Virus record (IMG/VR): IMGVR_UViG_3300010233_000001
Source: an uncultured virus (IMG/VR IMGVR_UViG_3300010233_000001)
Lineage: Duplodnaviria; Heunggongvirae; Uroviricota; Caudoviricetes
DNA length: 57,581 nucleotides
Strand: one strand, 5' to 3'
Notes under the pieces: generated by a model
Told to the model about the DNA's origin: nothing
Seen by the model: only the letters and a program-made list of their open reading frames with translations
The model's database searches: none
Program-made: the position numbers and the translations under genes
Shown: positions 1 to 10,979 of the stretch, piece after piece
Position numbering within the stretch: position 1 is the stretch's first letter
How the letters are laid out: each line of letters begins with the position of its first letter

Positions 1-180
1 GTTACTCAGTTTAAATTCCCAATTGGTATCAGCCAGAATATTTTCGTTCTGAATTAGTTGGCCAACCAGTATATCACGTTCTTCACGTAAAATACAAGCT
101 TCTGTAATAAGTCGGTTCTCGGCGTCTTCTTTCTCTTTGATTTGAGCAGTGAGTTCTGTAATTTTATCTTGGAGAGACAT
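1..180 (-). CDS. Hypothetical coiled-coil protein, 3' truncated by the window edge
   Basis: ATG at 180 overlaps the stop of the 180..521 ORF; reads MSLQDKITELTAQIKEKEDAE... open to position 1. Confidence 0.6.
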   Translation of the reverse strand, partial: MSLQDKITELTAQIKEKEDAENRLITEACILREERDILVGQLIQNENILADTNWEFKLSN

Positions 181-521
181 TACCAGCTCACTTTGATGTA
201 GCAATCATTGCCACAAAAGTCTGTGCCATTAGCATATTGCAAAGAAAATCCTAAAGACTCTAACTTCTGAATCAGAGGCGGAGCCGTCAGCTTGGCATAT
301 CTTTCTCCACGCCACGTTCCAGGGGAGTGGATAGAGAACCAGCGATCCAAAAGATAGTCATGATCCTCTACAGAGACCTTAGCTATCAGAGAGGACTTGC
401 CATCTGCGGCTGCGGCATTGCACAGTTTGAGGACCCTGCCAGTGGTCTTGTCACAGTTGGCAGCAATATCCCTTAGAGTAGCGGCAATGTTGATATCGAT
501 GTTATCGAATTTATCTGTCAT
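180..521 (-). CDS. Hypothetical phage protein
   Basis: 113-aa ORF in a tightly coupled minus-strand run. Confidence 0.6.
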   Translation of the reverse strand: MTDKFDNIDINIAATLRDIAANCDKTTGRVLKLCNAAAADGKSSLIAKVSVEDHDYLLDRWFSIHSPGTWRGERYAKLTAPPLIQKLESLGFSLQYANGTDFCGNDCYIKVSW

Positions 522-735
522 CTTTAACTCGGGTCAAGTTCCAAACCATCGCCTGCGTTGGCGCGGGTAACCTTCTTACCATCGTTCCAGATCAGAACGG
601 TATTGGGGTAAGCTATAAACGTAATAGCTTTCGCTTCAGGATCAATCGCCCAAGACTTATGGCCAGCCGCCGTGCACATCTTTTTAGCTTTAGCAAGAGT
701 AACTCCAGTTAGAGTGTCCAAAAAACTTTGCTTGA

Positions 736-1236
736 TCATTTCCTAGCTCCTAGCCATTTGAGATGTTCTTCGATTTGGAAGGCGAAGACCTCATCATTAG
801 CGAAGTTGCCCATCTCCAGTTGATGTTGGACTTCCATTAGAAGTTTGACGCTCTTGATTTCACCAGCTGACTTGCCCATCATCCACTGAGGATCGATGTA
901 GGTATGAGTGTTAGGCGACAAACCTGAGGGAACATTAGCCGTCACTACATCCACGATGGAAGCTGTCCCTTGATCTGCCATAAAGTCGGGAGACGGAGGT
1001 GCGACATTGTCAATGACGATGCCAGTGTTCTCCAAAGTGCCAGAGCACACAGTATCAATCTTAAGGACTCGACCGGATGGAAAGGTTAGAGTCAGACAGT
1101 CATGCTCGCGCATGCCTGAACCCGGCTCTTCTTCGAGGGTTTCCAGTTTGACATCCTTCAGCTCACCCAGCATAATCATGCCAGTTAGGATAGGCATAGT
1201 GGCGGAGCTATGAATCTTATTTTGTTTATCATTCAT
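736..1236 (-). CDS. Hypothetical protein
   Basis: 166-aa ORF with ATGA overlaps to both neighbours. Confidence 0.6.
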   Translation of the reverse strand: MNDKQNKIHSSATMPILTGMIMLGELKDVKLETLEEEPGSGMREHDCLTLTFPSGRVLKIDTVCSGTLENTGIVIDNVAPPSPDFMADQGTASIVDVVTANVPSGLSPNTHTYIDPQWMMGKSAGEIKSVKLLMEVQHQLEMGNFANDEVFAFQIEEHLKWLGARK

Positions 1237-1439
1237 TTGTTGATGTCCTTATATATCTTGTTGACTATATCAGCCACCGGAAAGATTTGATGAAACAACT
1301 CGAACAAGCGATCGATCTCTTCTAGGTTGAGGGGAGAATTATTAAACTTTCTACCCTGAAGCTGTTCGTATTCTTCTAGTTCTGCCTCGGTAACCGCTGG
1401 ATTATCTTGAAGAATCTTCTGTCGATTAAGCGGTTCCAT
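1233..1439 (-). CDS. Small helical protein, similar to the N-terminal domain of 13911..14369
   Basis: ELEEYEQLQGRKF..P..RLFELFHQIF versus TVAEYERLAGLQF..DP..ALESLSALLF. Confidence 0.55.
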   Translation of the reverse strand: MEPLNRQKILQDNPAVTEAELEEYEQLQGRKFNNSPLNLEEIDRLFELFHQIFPVADIVNKIYKDINK

Positions 1440-1940
1440 GTTGATCCTTAGTGCTAGGCTGGCGGAAAACAGTAAGCCATCCCAATCATCATATACATGA
1501 AAAGTGACATGGCCAAGCTAAGAGATAACCATTCTACAATGGTATACTCTACCTTCTCACCACGAGCTTTGGCATTAGCGTCTTGGGCAATCCACTTAGA
1601 AAATGGATACATGAAGACAGTCAACGGAAGTATTGGTAAGCTAAGGCAGGCATAGATGGTAAGGATGATTACTTGCCTCTTGCTGAAGCTCTTCAACTCA
1701 GAACTTAGACTTGACCCAAGCACCAGCTGCCATCCCTGCAATGAAAACGATTGCTGTAAACATGATTTATTCTTCTCCAAATCGAAGGCCAATGTAACCC
1801 GGACCACGCTTTACTATTAGATTAGTACAGGTAGCTGCGGGTTTAGTTTCAGAGGGAACCTTACCGCGCTTGCGATCCAGTTCCTCTTGAGTGTATGGAA
1901 AGTAAAGGTCCGTTCGAATACGAAAGTCTTCTGGGTTCAT

Positions 1941-2537
1941 TTACTTCTTCCTGTGATTATCAACTATCTTAGTGATGTGTTCCAAGAACGCAGGCAAATC
2001 TCTATCGCCTCTTAGATAGTTACAGGGAGCGCAACATGGAACAGTGTTGTTGAGATAGTGTCCCTTGTTATTATCAATACGATCGAGTCCATGGTATTGG
2101 AAACTACATGCAACTTCTTCGGTCACCGTTCTTTTACCATCGATTAGTTTGGTGACTCGTCGCACTTTATTAGAGCCAGTGTCTTGAACTTTGCCACCAC
2201 AATGATAGCAATCTTGTTGAGACAGTTCTAAGAACTTGTCGAAAGAGATATCACCATCTGAGTATTCAGATTGATAGATTTCATATGCTACTGAGTCTGT
2301 CCCGTGTTTATTTTGACAGCCACAGTTAGCATTCTTTCTCTTATCGTCAGGCAACCTCTGCCAATTACACAAAGACTGAACGGTCTTTTCTACTTCTTTG
2401 CCGCAATCGCATCGTAGCAACCAGATGCGCTTAGTAGCACCAGAAGGAGAGATGGTAGTCTTACCAGTAAAACGAACAACGACTAACATGCCGTATCGTT
2501 TTCCAGTGTAATCTTTTTGATTGAATATAACTCCCAT
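1941..2537 (-). CDS. HNH homing endonuclease
   Basis: N-terminal DYTGKRYGMLVV..WLLRCDCG..NCGC module; C-terminal CYHCG..GLDRIDNNKGH..NTVPCCAPCN. Confidence 0.85.
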   Translation of the reverse strand: MGVIFNQKDYTGKRYGMLVVVRFTGKTTISPSGATKRIWLLRCDCGKEVEKTVQSLCNWQRLPDDKRKNANCGCQNKHGTDSVAYEIYQSEYSDGDISFDKFLELSQQDCYHCGGKVQDTGSNKVRRVTKLIDGKRTVTEEVACSFQYHGLDRIDNNKGHYLNNTVPCCAPCNYLRGDRDLPAFLEHITKIVDNHRKK

Positions 2538-2542
2538 TACTC

Positions 2543-3631
2543 CTACTTGTTTAGATTGTATGCCTCGGAAACATACTTCAGTTTGAGGCGGCTATCCAGT
2601 TTAGGCTCGTATCGCTCGTGCCCAAGTGAGAGAACCCACCCTTCTTTGATATGTTTTCCGCCCAGCGCTGTCAAGCCCTCGGCTAATGCATACATTTTTT
2701 CCTTGCCGATCCACGGGCCGCGGTAGATGAGAGGAGTAGTTTCCACACCCACATCTGCACAGATGGATGTGAACTGATCGTAGTCAAGGAACTTCATGGT
2801 CTTGGTATCACAGATGTCGAAGAAGTAAAGCTTGGTTAGCAGCTTACCATCCTTGACCTCGGCTCCATATCGGAAACCTTTGACCTGTCCCACGCATTCA
2901 GCGAAGAAGACAAGCATGGGATATTTTGCCAGCTTCGTTTCCAGATCATAACGAAAGGCAGCGTCCCACCACATATCTTCCTCATCGCGCTTCTTGTAAA
3001 AGTTGCGCGATTTTACAACGAGTTTGGTTCCGTCATGGCAGAAGCCCGCATTAGAACCATGTAGCTTCTCAGTGAGGATTACGTCCTGTTCATTCTCGAT
3101 ACAGGAGAGATACTTGCGAACACTTTCCAAGTCATAATGCGGAATGCTCCATCCAACAGGAGCCTTCTCTGCATTCTTACCTTTAGTTTTGACAGATGGA
3201 AGATTATCCTCTTCCTCTTCTTCGTGCTTTTTGAGCCCGAGTTCCTCGACCAACGAGTCGCCGACATTGTGAAACGATGGGAGTTTGATGAGGAGCCCTT
3301 GCGAATAAACTCCAAAAAACTTTTTCGCTTTGATGATGCGGTATTTCTCAGGTACTTCGCCAATAGGGTATTTTGGACCTGCCATTTTTTGTTTGACTTC
3401 GCTGTCCACTTCGTATTTATCATACTTTTTAGGACAGAGAAAATACCAGAGTTCAGTGTCGGGAACAACATTGTCGATACTTAGATATGCAACAAGCTGT
3501 CCTACTTCGAACTGACCCGTCCTAATAACGATGGGGTAATCGCCGAGAACACGAGCAATAGATAAATTATCGGCGTTAGGATGCTTGTCTATCTTTTCGA
3601 TACTAACAACTTCTGCTTTCCAATCTGACAT
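2543..3631 (-). CDS. RNA ligase, DRB0094/Rnl2-like, with N-terminal OB-like domain
   Basis: KHPNADNL N-terminus; motif I TEKLHGSN; SRN; FFAE; YFFDI; KEGWV; LKYVSEAY. Confidence 0.9.
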   Translation of the reverse strand: MSDWKAEVVSIEKIDKHPNADNLSIARVLGDYPIVIRTGQFEVGQLVAYLSIDNVVPDTELWYFLCPKKYDKYEVDSEVKQKMAGPKYPIGEVPEKYRIIKAKKFFGVYSQGLLIKLPSFHNVGDSLVEELGLKKHEEEEEDNLPSVKTKGKNAEKAPVGWSIPHYDLESVRKYLSCIENEQDVILTEKLHGSNAGFCHDGTKLVVKSRNFYKKRDEEDMWWDAAFRYDLETKLAKYPMLVFFAECVGQVKGFRYGAEVKDGKLLTKLYFFDICDTKTMKFLDYDQFTSICADVGVETTPLIYRGPWIGKEKMYALAEGLTALGGKHIKEGWVLSLGHERYEPKLDSRLKLKYVSEAYNLNK

Positions 3632-4521
3632 TATGTCCTCGTTTTACCATTTACAATAAGTCCAATCAAACTTTTACTTACACCATATTCTTCTGCCAAG
3701 ATATAATTTCTTATTCCTTGAGAGCTTTTTACTCTAATTTCTTCAACATCTAAATCAGATAATTTTTGATTCACTGACTTGCCACTAATGGATTTTCTTA
3801 GATCATCGGCAGTAATACCAAACATTTCATTTATTTTTCTTGAAATGGTTGTATAGCTGATACCAAGTGCAACTTCCATTTGTTTGATGGACATAGATTG
3901 TTGAAAACAATTTAGTATGTCTTTTTTATCAACCGCTTTGAAATTGTTATTTCCGGCACCGGTCATATCCAAAGACATTTGTTTCTTCTGTTCGTCGTCC
4001 CATAAAGGAATACCTAATCTCTGTTCAGATAATAACTTTCTTGTATTTTCAGAAACAACCTTTCCAAGTTGCGCGCCCTTGGTGCCTTCCGATATTCTTT
4101 GCTTATGAGTTGCAGATAATGGCACACCCTTACGACAAACTGCTAAATTCTTTATGATCTTTTCAGAAAATGGAAACCCGCTATCACCGCCTTCGGCAAT
4201 ATTATATCCGAATTGGATATCTCTTGCATTGTAATGCTTGATCCATGAAATTTCTAAAACATTCAATTCTTCAACAGCAGAGCATCTTGCCAAAATTTCT
4301 ATGGTAAAATCTGCCCAGCCATATTTTCTGATAGCGTTGTAAATAGGTAGCTGGGATCCCTGTCTAATTTTATGATTGTGTCCGGCAAATCTACCACTCA
4401 TAGATCGAATTGTCTTACCAATATAAACTTTGTTGTTTGTCTTATTGGTAATTTTATACACTACATATTTTTCGTTTTTTACTTGTGCGAGGATCGGGCG
4501 CAGTTCTTGTGCGAGGGACAT
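3631..4521 (-). CDS. GIY-YIG homing endonuclease with NUMOD3-like repeats and C-terminal HTH
   Basis: VVYKITNKTNNKVYIGKT; GYNIAEGG; LSATHKQRIS; LAEEYGVSKSLI. Confidence 0.9.
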   Translation of the reverse strand: MSLAQELRPILAQVKNEKYVVYKITNKTNNKVYIGKTIRSMSGRFAGHNHKIRQGSQLPIYNAIRKYGWADFTIEILARCSAVEELNVLEISWIKHYNARDIQFGYNIAEGGDSGFPFSEKIIKNLAVCRKGVPLSATHKQRISEGTKGAQLGKVVSENTRKLLSEQRLGIPLWDDEQKKQMSLDMTGAGNNNFKAVDKKDILNCFQQSMSIKQMEVALGISYTTISRKINEMFGITADDLRKSISGKSVNQKLSDLDVEEIRVKSSQGIRNYILAEEYGVSKSLIGLIVNGKTRT

Positions 4522-4631
4522 GCATCATATATATCCTCACCACCCATGACAGTGGTTAGTTCGAGGAAGTCAGAACCCTTGAGGCTGCTGATATTTTCCA
4601 GACGTACAACGCATGGATGCCAATCGCTCAT
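4479..4631 (-). pseudogene. Truncated second copy of the RNA ligase 5' end (50 aa, below the ORF-track cutoff)
   Basis: MSDWHPCVVRLENISSLKGSDFLELTTVMG aligns ungapped to MSDWKAEVVSIEKIDKHPNADNLSIARVLG (12/30 identical); ATGA-coupled to the MTase stop. Confidence 0.7.
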
Positions 4632-5152
4632 TGTTTATACTTCCTATCAATCTCAATGCCAATGCAATTTCGGCCGGCCCGCTTAGCAGCTTTTAGGGTA
4701 GCACCTGAACCTGCAAATGGATCCAGGATGGATTCCTGCTTGTTGGAATAGATACTAATCAACTTTTCCATTAAAGAGAGGGGCTTCTGCCAAGGATGAT
4801 CGTTCTTCTCGATGATAGTATCTGTAAAAATACCAGTCATGATACTCCAATGTAGGAAGTTGAAGGCTGCCTTTTTGCCTCGGTACACGCAAATTTCTTC
4901 CACAAAACGAGAACATCTTTTGACGGTATTCTTAGTGGAAGGCGTCTTGATCCAAAAGAGGATTTCATCTGGCGTGGCATCAGGTCTCTTGAAGGGGTCA
5001 CAGAAGACAATGATATTGCCATCTGGGCACCACTGTCGAAGGAGCGAGATGGAAGGCTGATTGTCATACACAGGATCGGTAATGATGTGATCGATCTTGG
5101 TTTTGAGAGATGGCACTAAAAGATGACAGTCTCCGATGAGAAGTTTATTCAT
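4628..5152 (-). CDS. Small N4/N6 DNA methyltransferase (beta-class motif order)
   Basis: IITDPVY catalytic motif; HPWQKP; ILDPFAGSGAT; CIGIEID. Confidence 0.85.
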   Translation of the reverse strand: MNKLLIGDCHLLVPSLKTKIDHIITDPVYDNQPSISLLRQWCPDGNIIVFCDPFKRPDATPDEILFWIKTPSTKNTVKRCSRFVEEICVYRGKKAAFNFLHWSIMTGIFTDTIIEKNDHPWQKPLSLMEKLISIYSNKQESILDPFAGSGATLKAAKRAGRNCIGIEIDRKYKQ

Positions 5153-5169
5153 TATGATTATTTTTCGGT

Positions 5170-5889
5170 CTATCTAATAACTGATAGGTGTCGCTTTAAT
5201 TCAGATTTTTTCACACCATGTGCCGCAAAAGCGATACCCATGTTACTACTGTAAAGCCTATTAGCGTCAAAACAAAGTCGGCAATCCGAACACCCAATCC
5301 CACGTGTCTGTTGAGGACAAGGTATAAACTTAGTGTCACTTCCGGGTAAGTTATATGCTTTATCACTTGCATGTTCGGGCACAATGATCGCAGGAGCATA
5401 ACCCTGTTTACGCACTGCTTCTACCTGATCGGTAGATTCAATGCTGGCAAGCACTGAAACATTCGACCAAGTTTCTCGAGGTACATGTGCCCATGAGTGT
5501 GTGTATGTAAAGGCGGCGCAATCAGTTCCCCTTTTGAGCCAGCGTCCTACTGCTTTGTTGAGAACTTTAGTACCAGCAATGGTTCTACTATCGCCAGAAA
5601 CATGCAAACGGAGCGCTCGACCAGTAGGAACTTCTCCACCATCATATGACTCATCTATCAGTTTGGCTTCGGCTCGTGCTACTTCCAAAGGGGATTCATA
5701 TTCACTCTGCTTCTCAAGTCGCTTGTTGATCATGCCGACAAACGACAAAGTTGCGTAGCACAATTTGTCGCGTTGTAGTGGACAGGTGGGGCTGCAAGTG
5801 GAACCAATGGCTGCGTATGTTGCATCGATCGGTTTAGAGCCAGACAATTTAGTATTCTTTGTCCCAACGACATAAGTGGCACCGCGCAT
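5170..5889 (-). CDS. Conserved phage Cys-cluster protein (DUF7227/Gp88-like)
   Basis: TCSPTCP..CYA; RLHVSGD; FTYTH; CPQQ..CSDCRLC..IAFAAHG. Confidence 0.6.
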   Translation of the reverse strand: MRGATYVVGTKNTKLSGSKPIDATYAAIGSTCSPTCPLQRDKLCYATLSFVGMINKRLEKQSEYESPLEVARAEAKLIDESYDGGEVPTGRALRLHVSGDSRTIAGTKVLNKAVGRWLKRGTDCAAFTYTHSWAHVPRETWSNVSVLASIESTDQVEAVRKQGYAPAIIVPEHASDKAYNLPGSDTKFIPCPQQTRGIGCSDCRLCFDANRLYSSNMGIAFAAHGVKKSELKRHLSVIR

Positions 5890-6120
5890 GTTACATGGTC
5901 CTTGATGAAAGAATTAGTCCTAACGATTCAGAATAGGATCAAAAGGCTTACGAAGGTCTGGGATGTCGCTCGATAGCATTGCTGCCGCGCTAAATATCAG
6001 CAGAGATTATGCTACGAAGCATTCCAAAGATGGAGTGATGTTGCTTATTTGTTCGACGTTCATTTCCGCATCATACTTGAGTAGGATGCGAATACCCACC
6101 ATTTAGGTTTTCTTGTCTGC

Positions 6121-6561
6121 TCATTCAAACTGGTAACTGATACATTTAGAAAGATCTGTAACTCCAACACTAGAAGGAATGACGCCCGGATTTTTAATAT
6201 CGTTCATGTAAATATACACTCCTTTACCAACAATGGAGACCTCTTCATATTTATGTGGAGAAAGCCAACACTGCTGGACCTCATTTGCCTCATTGTATTG
6301 AACAATAAGATAACCACTTTTAGGTATATTAGATTGTGTCGCCGTTACTCTGGCATTATAGGTATTGATAATTTTATCGGAGTTGATAATTTTGTAACTA
6401 CCATACACAATACTATAAATAATTGCAATAAACGCCAAGACGGGGATCCTATTATGGATCCAAACGTTAGATAGCTTGATATTCTTTTTATCTAACTTAG
6501 CATTCTCGCGATAGTTAGTAGCTATCTTGCCGGCACCTTTACACTCTGGACAATCAATCAT
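6121..6561 (-). CDS. Membrane protein with N-terminal CxxCxGxG
   Basis: CPECKGAG followed by a hydrophobic helix. Confidence 0.55.
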   Translation of the reverse strand: MIDCPECKGAGKIATNYRENAKLDKKNIKLSNVWIHNRIPVLAFIAIIYSIVYGSYKIINSDKIINTYNARVTATQSNIPKSGYLIVQYNEANEVQQCWLSPHKYEEVSIVGKGVYIYMNDIKNPGVIPSSVGVTDLSKCISYQFE

Positions 6562-7007
6562 TGCCTTCTATCCTTAAATATTACTTTGGCTTTATGTTTA
6601 TCAATCCATTTGATCTTATAATTGGCTGGCTGCTGTTTGATAGGCCAGTTAGAATTGACGCGGTCAATTAGATAGCGGACACTTCCGATATATTCACCAC
6701 GATACCACCATGAGTTATCGACTGATATCAAATCAAACTTACTAACGATAAAGACTTTATCATAGACTCCATACTGAGTCGCAGTGATGTCGAAGATGTG
6801 TCCGTTGAATTCATTCCAGGCGTGACCGCCATTACAATGAAACTCTACGTTCAGGTCGAGCTTTTTCTTAGCCTCTTGGTGAAGAAACCAAGCTCCTACC
6901 GCACAGCCGCCGGCAAGAGTCGAAGACCATCCCCCTTCTTTCAAAGTAAAATCTATCATGGCATCATGAATAACTTCTCCCAGTATGCGTAGATTTTTGA
7001 TGTCCAT
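6558..7007 (-). CDS. Hypothetical protein with a possible transglutaminase/papain-like Cys-His-Asp triad
   Basis: LAGGCAVG..GHAWN..IFDITATQY. Confidence 0.5.
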   Translation of the reverse strand: MDIKNLRILGEVIHDAMIDFTLKEGGWSSTLAGGCAVGAWFLHQEAKKKLDLNVEFHCNGGHAWNEFNGHIFDITATQYGVYDKVFIVSKFDLISVDNSWWYRGEYIGSVRYLIDRVNSNWPIKQQPANYKIKWIDKHKAKVIFKDRRQ

Positions 7008-8921
7008 CTTTGTCTCGCTGGTTATGATCTTAGGTAGTCGTCTACTTCGGTATGCCAGAAAGCAACGTTAGTCTCGCAATTGATTCTAATCGGCTTATCT
7101 TTGCCATAAACTTCAATGTTTTTGACTATATAAATTCCCTTAGTTTCTTTAGACATAATGATGTCTCCATCCTTGAGTGTACGAGCATCTCTATACTTCA
7201 TAGGAAGGAAACCAATCCCAGATTAACCTTGAGATTCTTCTCAAGGTTCTCTCCAAGCGCCCCAAAGTGGGGCCATATCTCTACCGCTTTGATTGGAACA
7301 ATCAGTCCTTGACTGGCAATGATAGCTTGAGTAGCTTCCATAGCCGCTGTTTTGACATTAGAGTATTCAGTAACCTCGCCAGTTGAATAGGTGATGCGGA
7401 TCATGTTAGTTCCTCAATAGGAAGATGAAGCTTCTTCGACTCCCAATACAGAAGTAGGTCATCACTATGTTCTATGTGCAAGCCGTGATGTTCAGTGAAA
7501 CAGATAATCCAGTATGACTCCTTAGTTGTTAGCTGAGAGATATGATTGTCTGCAATCTTCATTAGGAAAGCTGAGTCGTAATGGTTGATTGAACCATCTT
7601 CATGGATAATTGAAACCTCTCGACGAAAACGAGGGTCATTGGCAAGAAGCTTCTTGTCATAAGACTCGGCTATCTTCCTAATTTTTTTGAGAGGAATTGA
7701 TTCCATTTAGCTATTCCAATATCCTTCTTCGAATCCGCCGCCCCATTCGAGTGCTTGAGGAGAGTCCTTTGGATAAGGATTGTTTGGCTCCCCATGACGG
7801 CTGGCCATTCCAGCCTGGTATCCTTTCCAATAAGGGCCAGAGTCCATATCTGTTTCTTGGGTAAGTTTTTCAGAGTTTTTCATTCCACCACTTCCAAATG
7901 TCTTTCCCATACAAGGTCTCCAAGGCTATCTCAAAGCAGTAATGGTCGAAGTCTTTTGGCTGATATCCTTCGGTTTCAACTGACTCTACGCCATCTTGAA
8001 GGTAAGATACTAGCACAGACCAATCAGGATTAGGGAGCGGCTCCGGCTTCTTAGGCTTTGCTTTAGCGCGCTCCGCTAACTCCTGCTGGATCTCCTCATC
8101 CGAGTAATGTTTGAGTGGACGTTTCATGTTGCCTCAGTTGCAATTATGATCATGGTTGTGTTCGCAACCACAACCTTCGGGATGCGATCCAAAGACCTCA
8201 TCAGGATTGACCTTGGCACCCGGCTTGACGATCAAGAGGTAGGTGTAGCTCTCACCACTGTAGTTTTTGAAAGAGATAGTAGAGGTAGAACTGGAAAGAA
8301 AGGCAGAATCGAATTTTGTTCCTGCCTTGTGCTCACCAATATCCACCTTGAGAACGATCTCTTCAAACTCAAGAGAGCCAGGGTCTAAGGTCTCTCCCCA
8401 ATCCTTCCAATCAAAGAGCTGCTGTTCAATTGCCGGGAACTTATTGTTTTCCATTTTGATCTCCATTATTTGAGACATGAATCTGCACCATAGTCTTGAC
8501 ATAAGACAGGTGATTAAGGCCTGCTTCAAATAGACTAGTGGCATCTAACGAGGACGACTGGCCATTGATAGTGGCCAGAGTAACCCACTTGTCAATAAAC
8601 CAGAGAGTAAAGACTCGGTTGTTATCAAGCTGAGTTCTGATTCTGATCATGGTTACTCCTCACCGCAGTCGATTCGTGAATGGGTGGCCGAGCGTTATAG
8701 CTTTTCGGCTACCGCCGAGTAATAATATTCTTCGATAGGATCAGACATGCCACCAATTGGCGCCTCCTTTGGAAGAGGCGCTGTCCTAAGCTCTCGCTTG
8801 AAGGTAATTTTGAAGTCATCACAACCATCACCCACGATACTGTGATGGTTGTTTAGCCAATCGGTGATGGCATCTTCGATTTCATTCTGGTCTAGTTCGT
8901 ATTTCTCTGGAATCTTTTTCA

Positions 8922-9278
8922 TTAGCCGACCTCAGTTCCGGGTAGAATAGGGCCGCCCGGATTGAGCAGCCATACTTTATCATCGGAATCATGTGTTGCC
9001 AGAATCATACCTTTAGATTCTACTCCCATCATTTCTCTGGGAGCCAAATTAATAACAGCCACCACTCGTTGACCAACCATAACTCTTCCTTCAACCCAAG
9101 CCTGAGCAATACCTGCTAAGATAGTTCGTTTACCAACCGTGGTACCGAAGTCAACTTCCAACTTGACTAGCTTCTTGGACTTCGGAACTACCTCTACCGA
9201 AAGGATTTCTCCTGTTCTGATGTCAAACTTAATGAAGTCAAGGAAGGAAAGACTCTCAGGTTTAGTTGTCTCGCTCAT
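8922..9278 (-). CDS. tRNA-binding OB-fold protein (CsaA/Trbp111/MetRS C-terminal-like)
   Basis: FLDFIKFDIRTGEILSVE..KLVKLEVDFG..RTILAGI..VINLAPREMMGVESKGMILA. Confidence 0.9.
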   Translation of the reverse strand: MSETTKPESLSFLDFIKFDIRTGEILSVEVVPKSKKLVKLEVDFGTTVGKRTILAGIAQAWVEGRVMVGQRVVAVINLAPREMMGVESKGMILATHDSDDKVWLLNPGGPILPGTEVG

Positions 9279-9638
9279 ACTGCCTCTTTGAGAATAATTT
9301 GTTTAGCCCATCGAATAACAATAGGCACTTTATCAGCATTAATACCATCTGTCATAAGAGCTAAGGTAACCCAATTTTCGTGGATACCTTTCTTGAGAGC
9401 CTCTGCCGCTTTGAGAATAGCCTCTTCGATGGTCATTATTTATCCTGTTCAGATAGCGCATTCATAATCATGAGACCAATAGTCCAAGTTGCTGCTCCTA
9501 GTGCAAACATTAGTCCAAGAGATCGATACCCCTCATCGTGAGTATAATGAAGAAGCCACATGAAATACACAGTAAGAGAAGCGTTGGAAATTAGTCCAAG
9601 AATTCCTACTCTAACCATTTTATTAGGTCTTGGATGAT

Positions 9639-10229
9639 TCATTCTCGTAGCCAATTATTCTCTGCTCGATTGAGAGGGCTTAGATAAAAGCCTTCAAGAT
9701 CTATTAATCTAAAATTATCGTCCTCATCCTTCATAACATTCATATCATGAAGGTCGCGGTATCTCCCCTCTGACATTACCTTGTCTAAGAAATCGGCTAA
9801 TTTACGATAATGATTATAGTTGTCTACTGTATTGTTAGCGGCGTGCCTATAAGAACTAAGAAACATCATCTCGTCGTGAGATAGTGGCGCCATTCTCATC
9901 ATGTCATAATGATATGAATGAGCATTATATTTACTACCAGCAATACTGCCGGCTTTAAAACTATAAGTTGGCACTACTAATTTGTTAGGATGATTAATAA
10001 AATGAAGACAGATAGCCTGTATAATATCGAACATTTCTTTATTAGATGCCATCGCATGCTTCCGCACTACACGATCAGAAATGACTTCAATACCAAAGTC
10101 ATACTTAGCTTCAAGCCAACCGCCTTCATATAAATAATGTTCTCTTTTGCTATAGCGCTGCTCGTTATTAAGATCGTACTTCATTATCTTACGGGAATGG
10201 TAAAGGTTTGTTATCTCGAACTGCTTCAA
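9639..10229 (-). CDS. Protein-kinase-like fold protein (likely true start near 10184)
   Basis: YRDLHDMNVM catalytic-loop-like segment and FRLIDLEG (DFG-like). Confidence 0.6.
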   Translation of the reverse strand: MKQFEITNLYHSRKIMKYDLNNEQRYSKREHYLYEGGWLEAKYDFGIEVISDRVVRKHAMASNKEMFDIIQAICLHFINHPNKLVVPTYSFKAGSIAGSKYNAHSYHYDMMRMAPLSHDEMMFLSSYRHAANNTVDNYNHYRKLADFLDKVMSEGRYRDLHDMNVMKDEDDNFRLIDLEGFYLSPLNRAENNWLRE

Positions 10230-10979
10230 GATTAGCTAGTCTTTGCTTAGCCTTCTCAATTTTGATTCCTATAACTCGTTGGTGATCTGGTGGTAGTTCT
10301 TTGAGTTCCTTTTCCTCACTAAGGAAGGCCGCCAACTCTTCTTCGTACTTAGCCACCTGTTGGTTATAGTTAATCAACTCTTCACCATAAGTTTTATTAT
10401 CCCAACCAACTGTATAGATAATATTGAGATCTTTATCGATAGTAGGGTCCTTAACTATACGCTGTCCTATAGATTGGTGGTCAATCAGTGCCTTCTCCCA
10501 GGCTTTGACTATCGTTCGCAGTGACATAGGAGCCTTATCCCAATAAAGGGATGGGCCGGAACTAAGTCGAATAACTTCTACTTTGGTGTGAACCTTCTCA
10601 GGTTCTCTAAGTCCGTGTTTGCGTGGGTCAATAGGTCGTTTCATATGTATCTCTAATGCGTATGAGGTCCATGGTCTGCCGCCCGCCGATTTAATGGGAT
10701 TGCACTCTCCCAGCGTTACTCGACCCCAACTACCTTTAGCGTCTTACTAGCATAGTAAAGACGATTAAGTACCTGTAAGAGCACAGATTCTTTGAACGAA
10801 TCATATTGTCCGTATTGTACGTCTCGCAGCAGATGATAAGCTTCCCCCAATAGTCTTTTTCCGTCTTCTATCTCTTGTTCGGTAGGCATCTTATCAGTAT
10901 CCTTTTACGTGGTTGAGTTGGTATGAATTGAACCTGGCGAGACAAGAGCTTTAGTAGCTGGTAATGGTCTCAATAAATT

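Noticed and set aside
7022..7201. Apparent gap or frameshifted gene
   Set aside because: It reads as an intact 59-aa minus-strand ORF (MKYRDARTLKDGD...) just below the ORF-track cutoff
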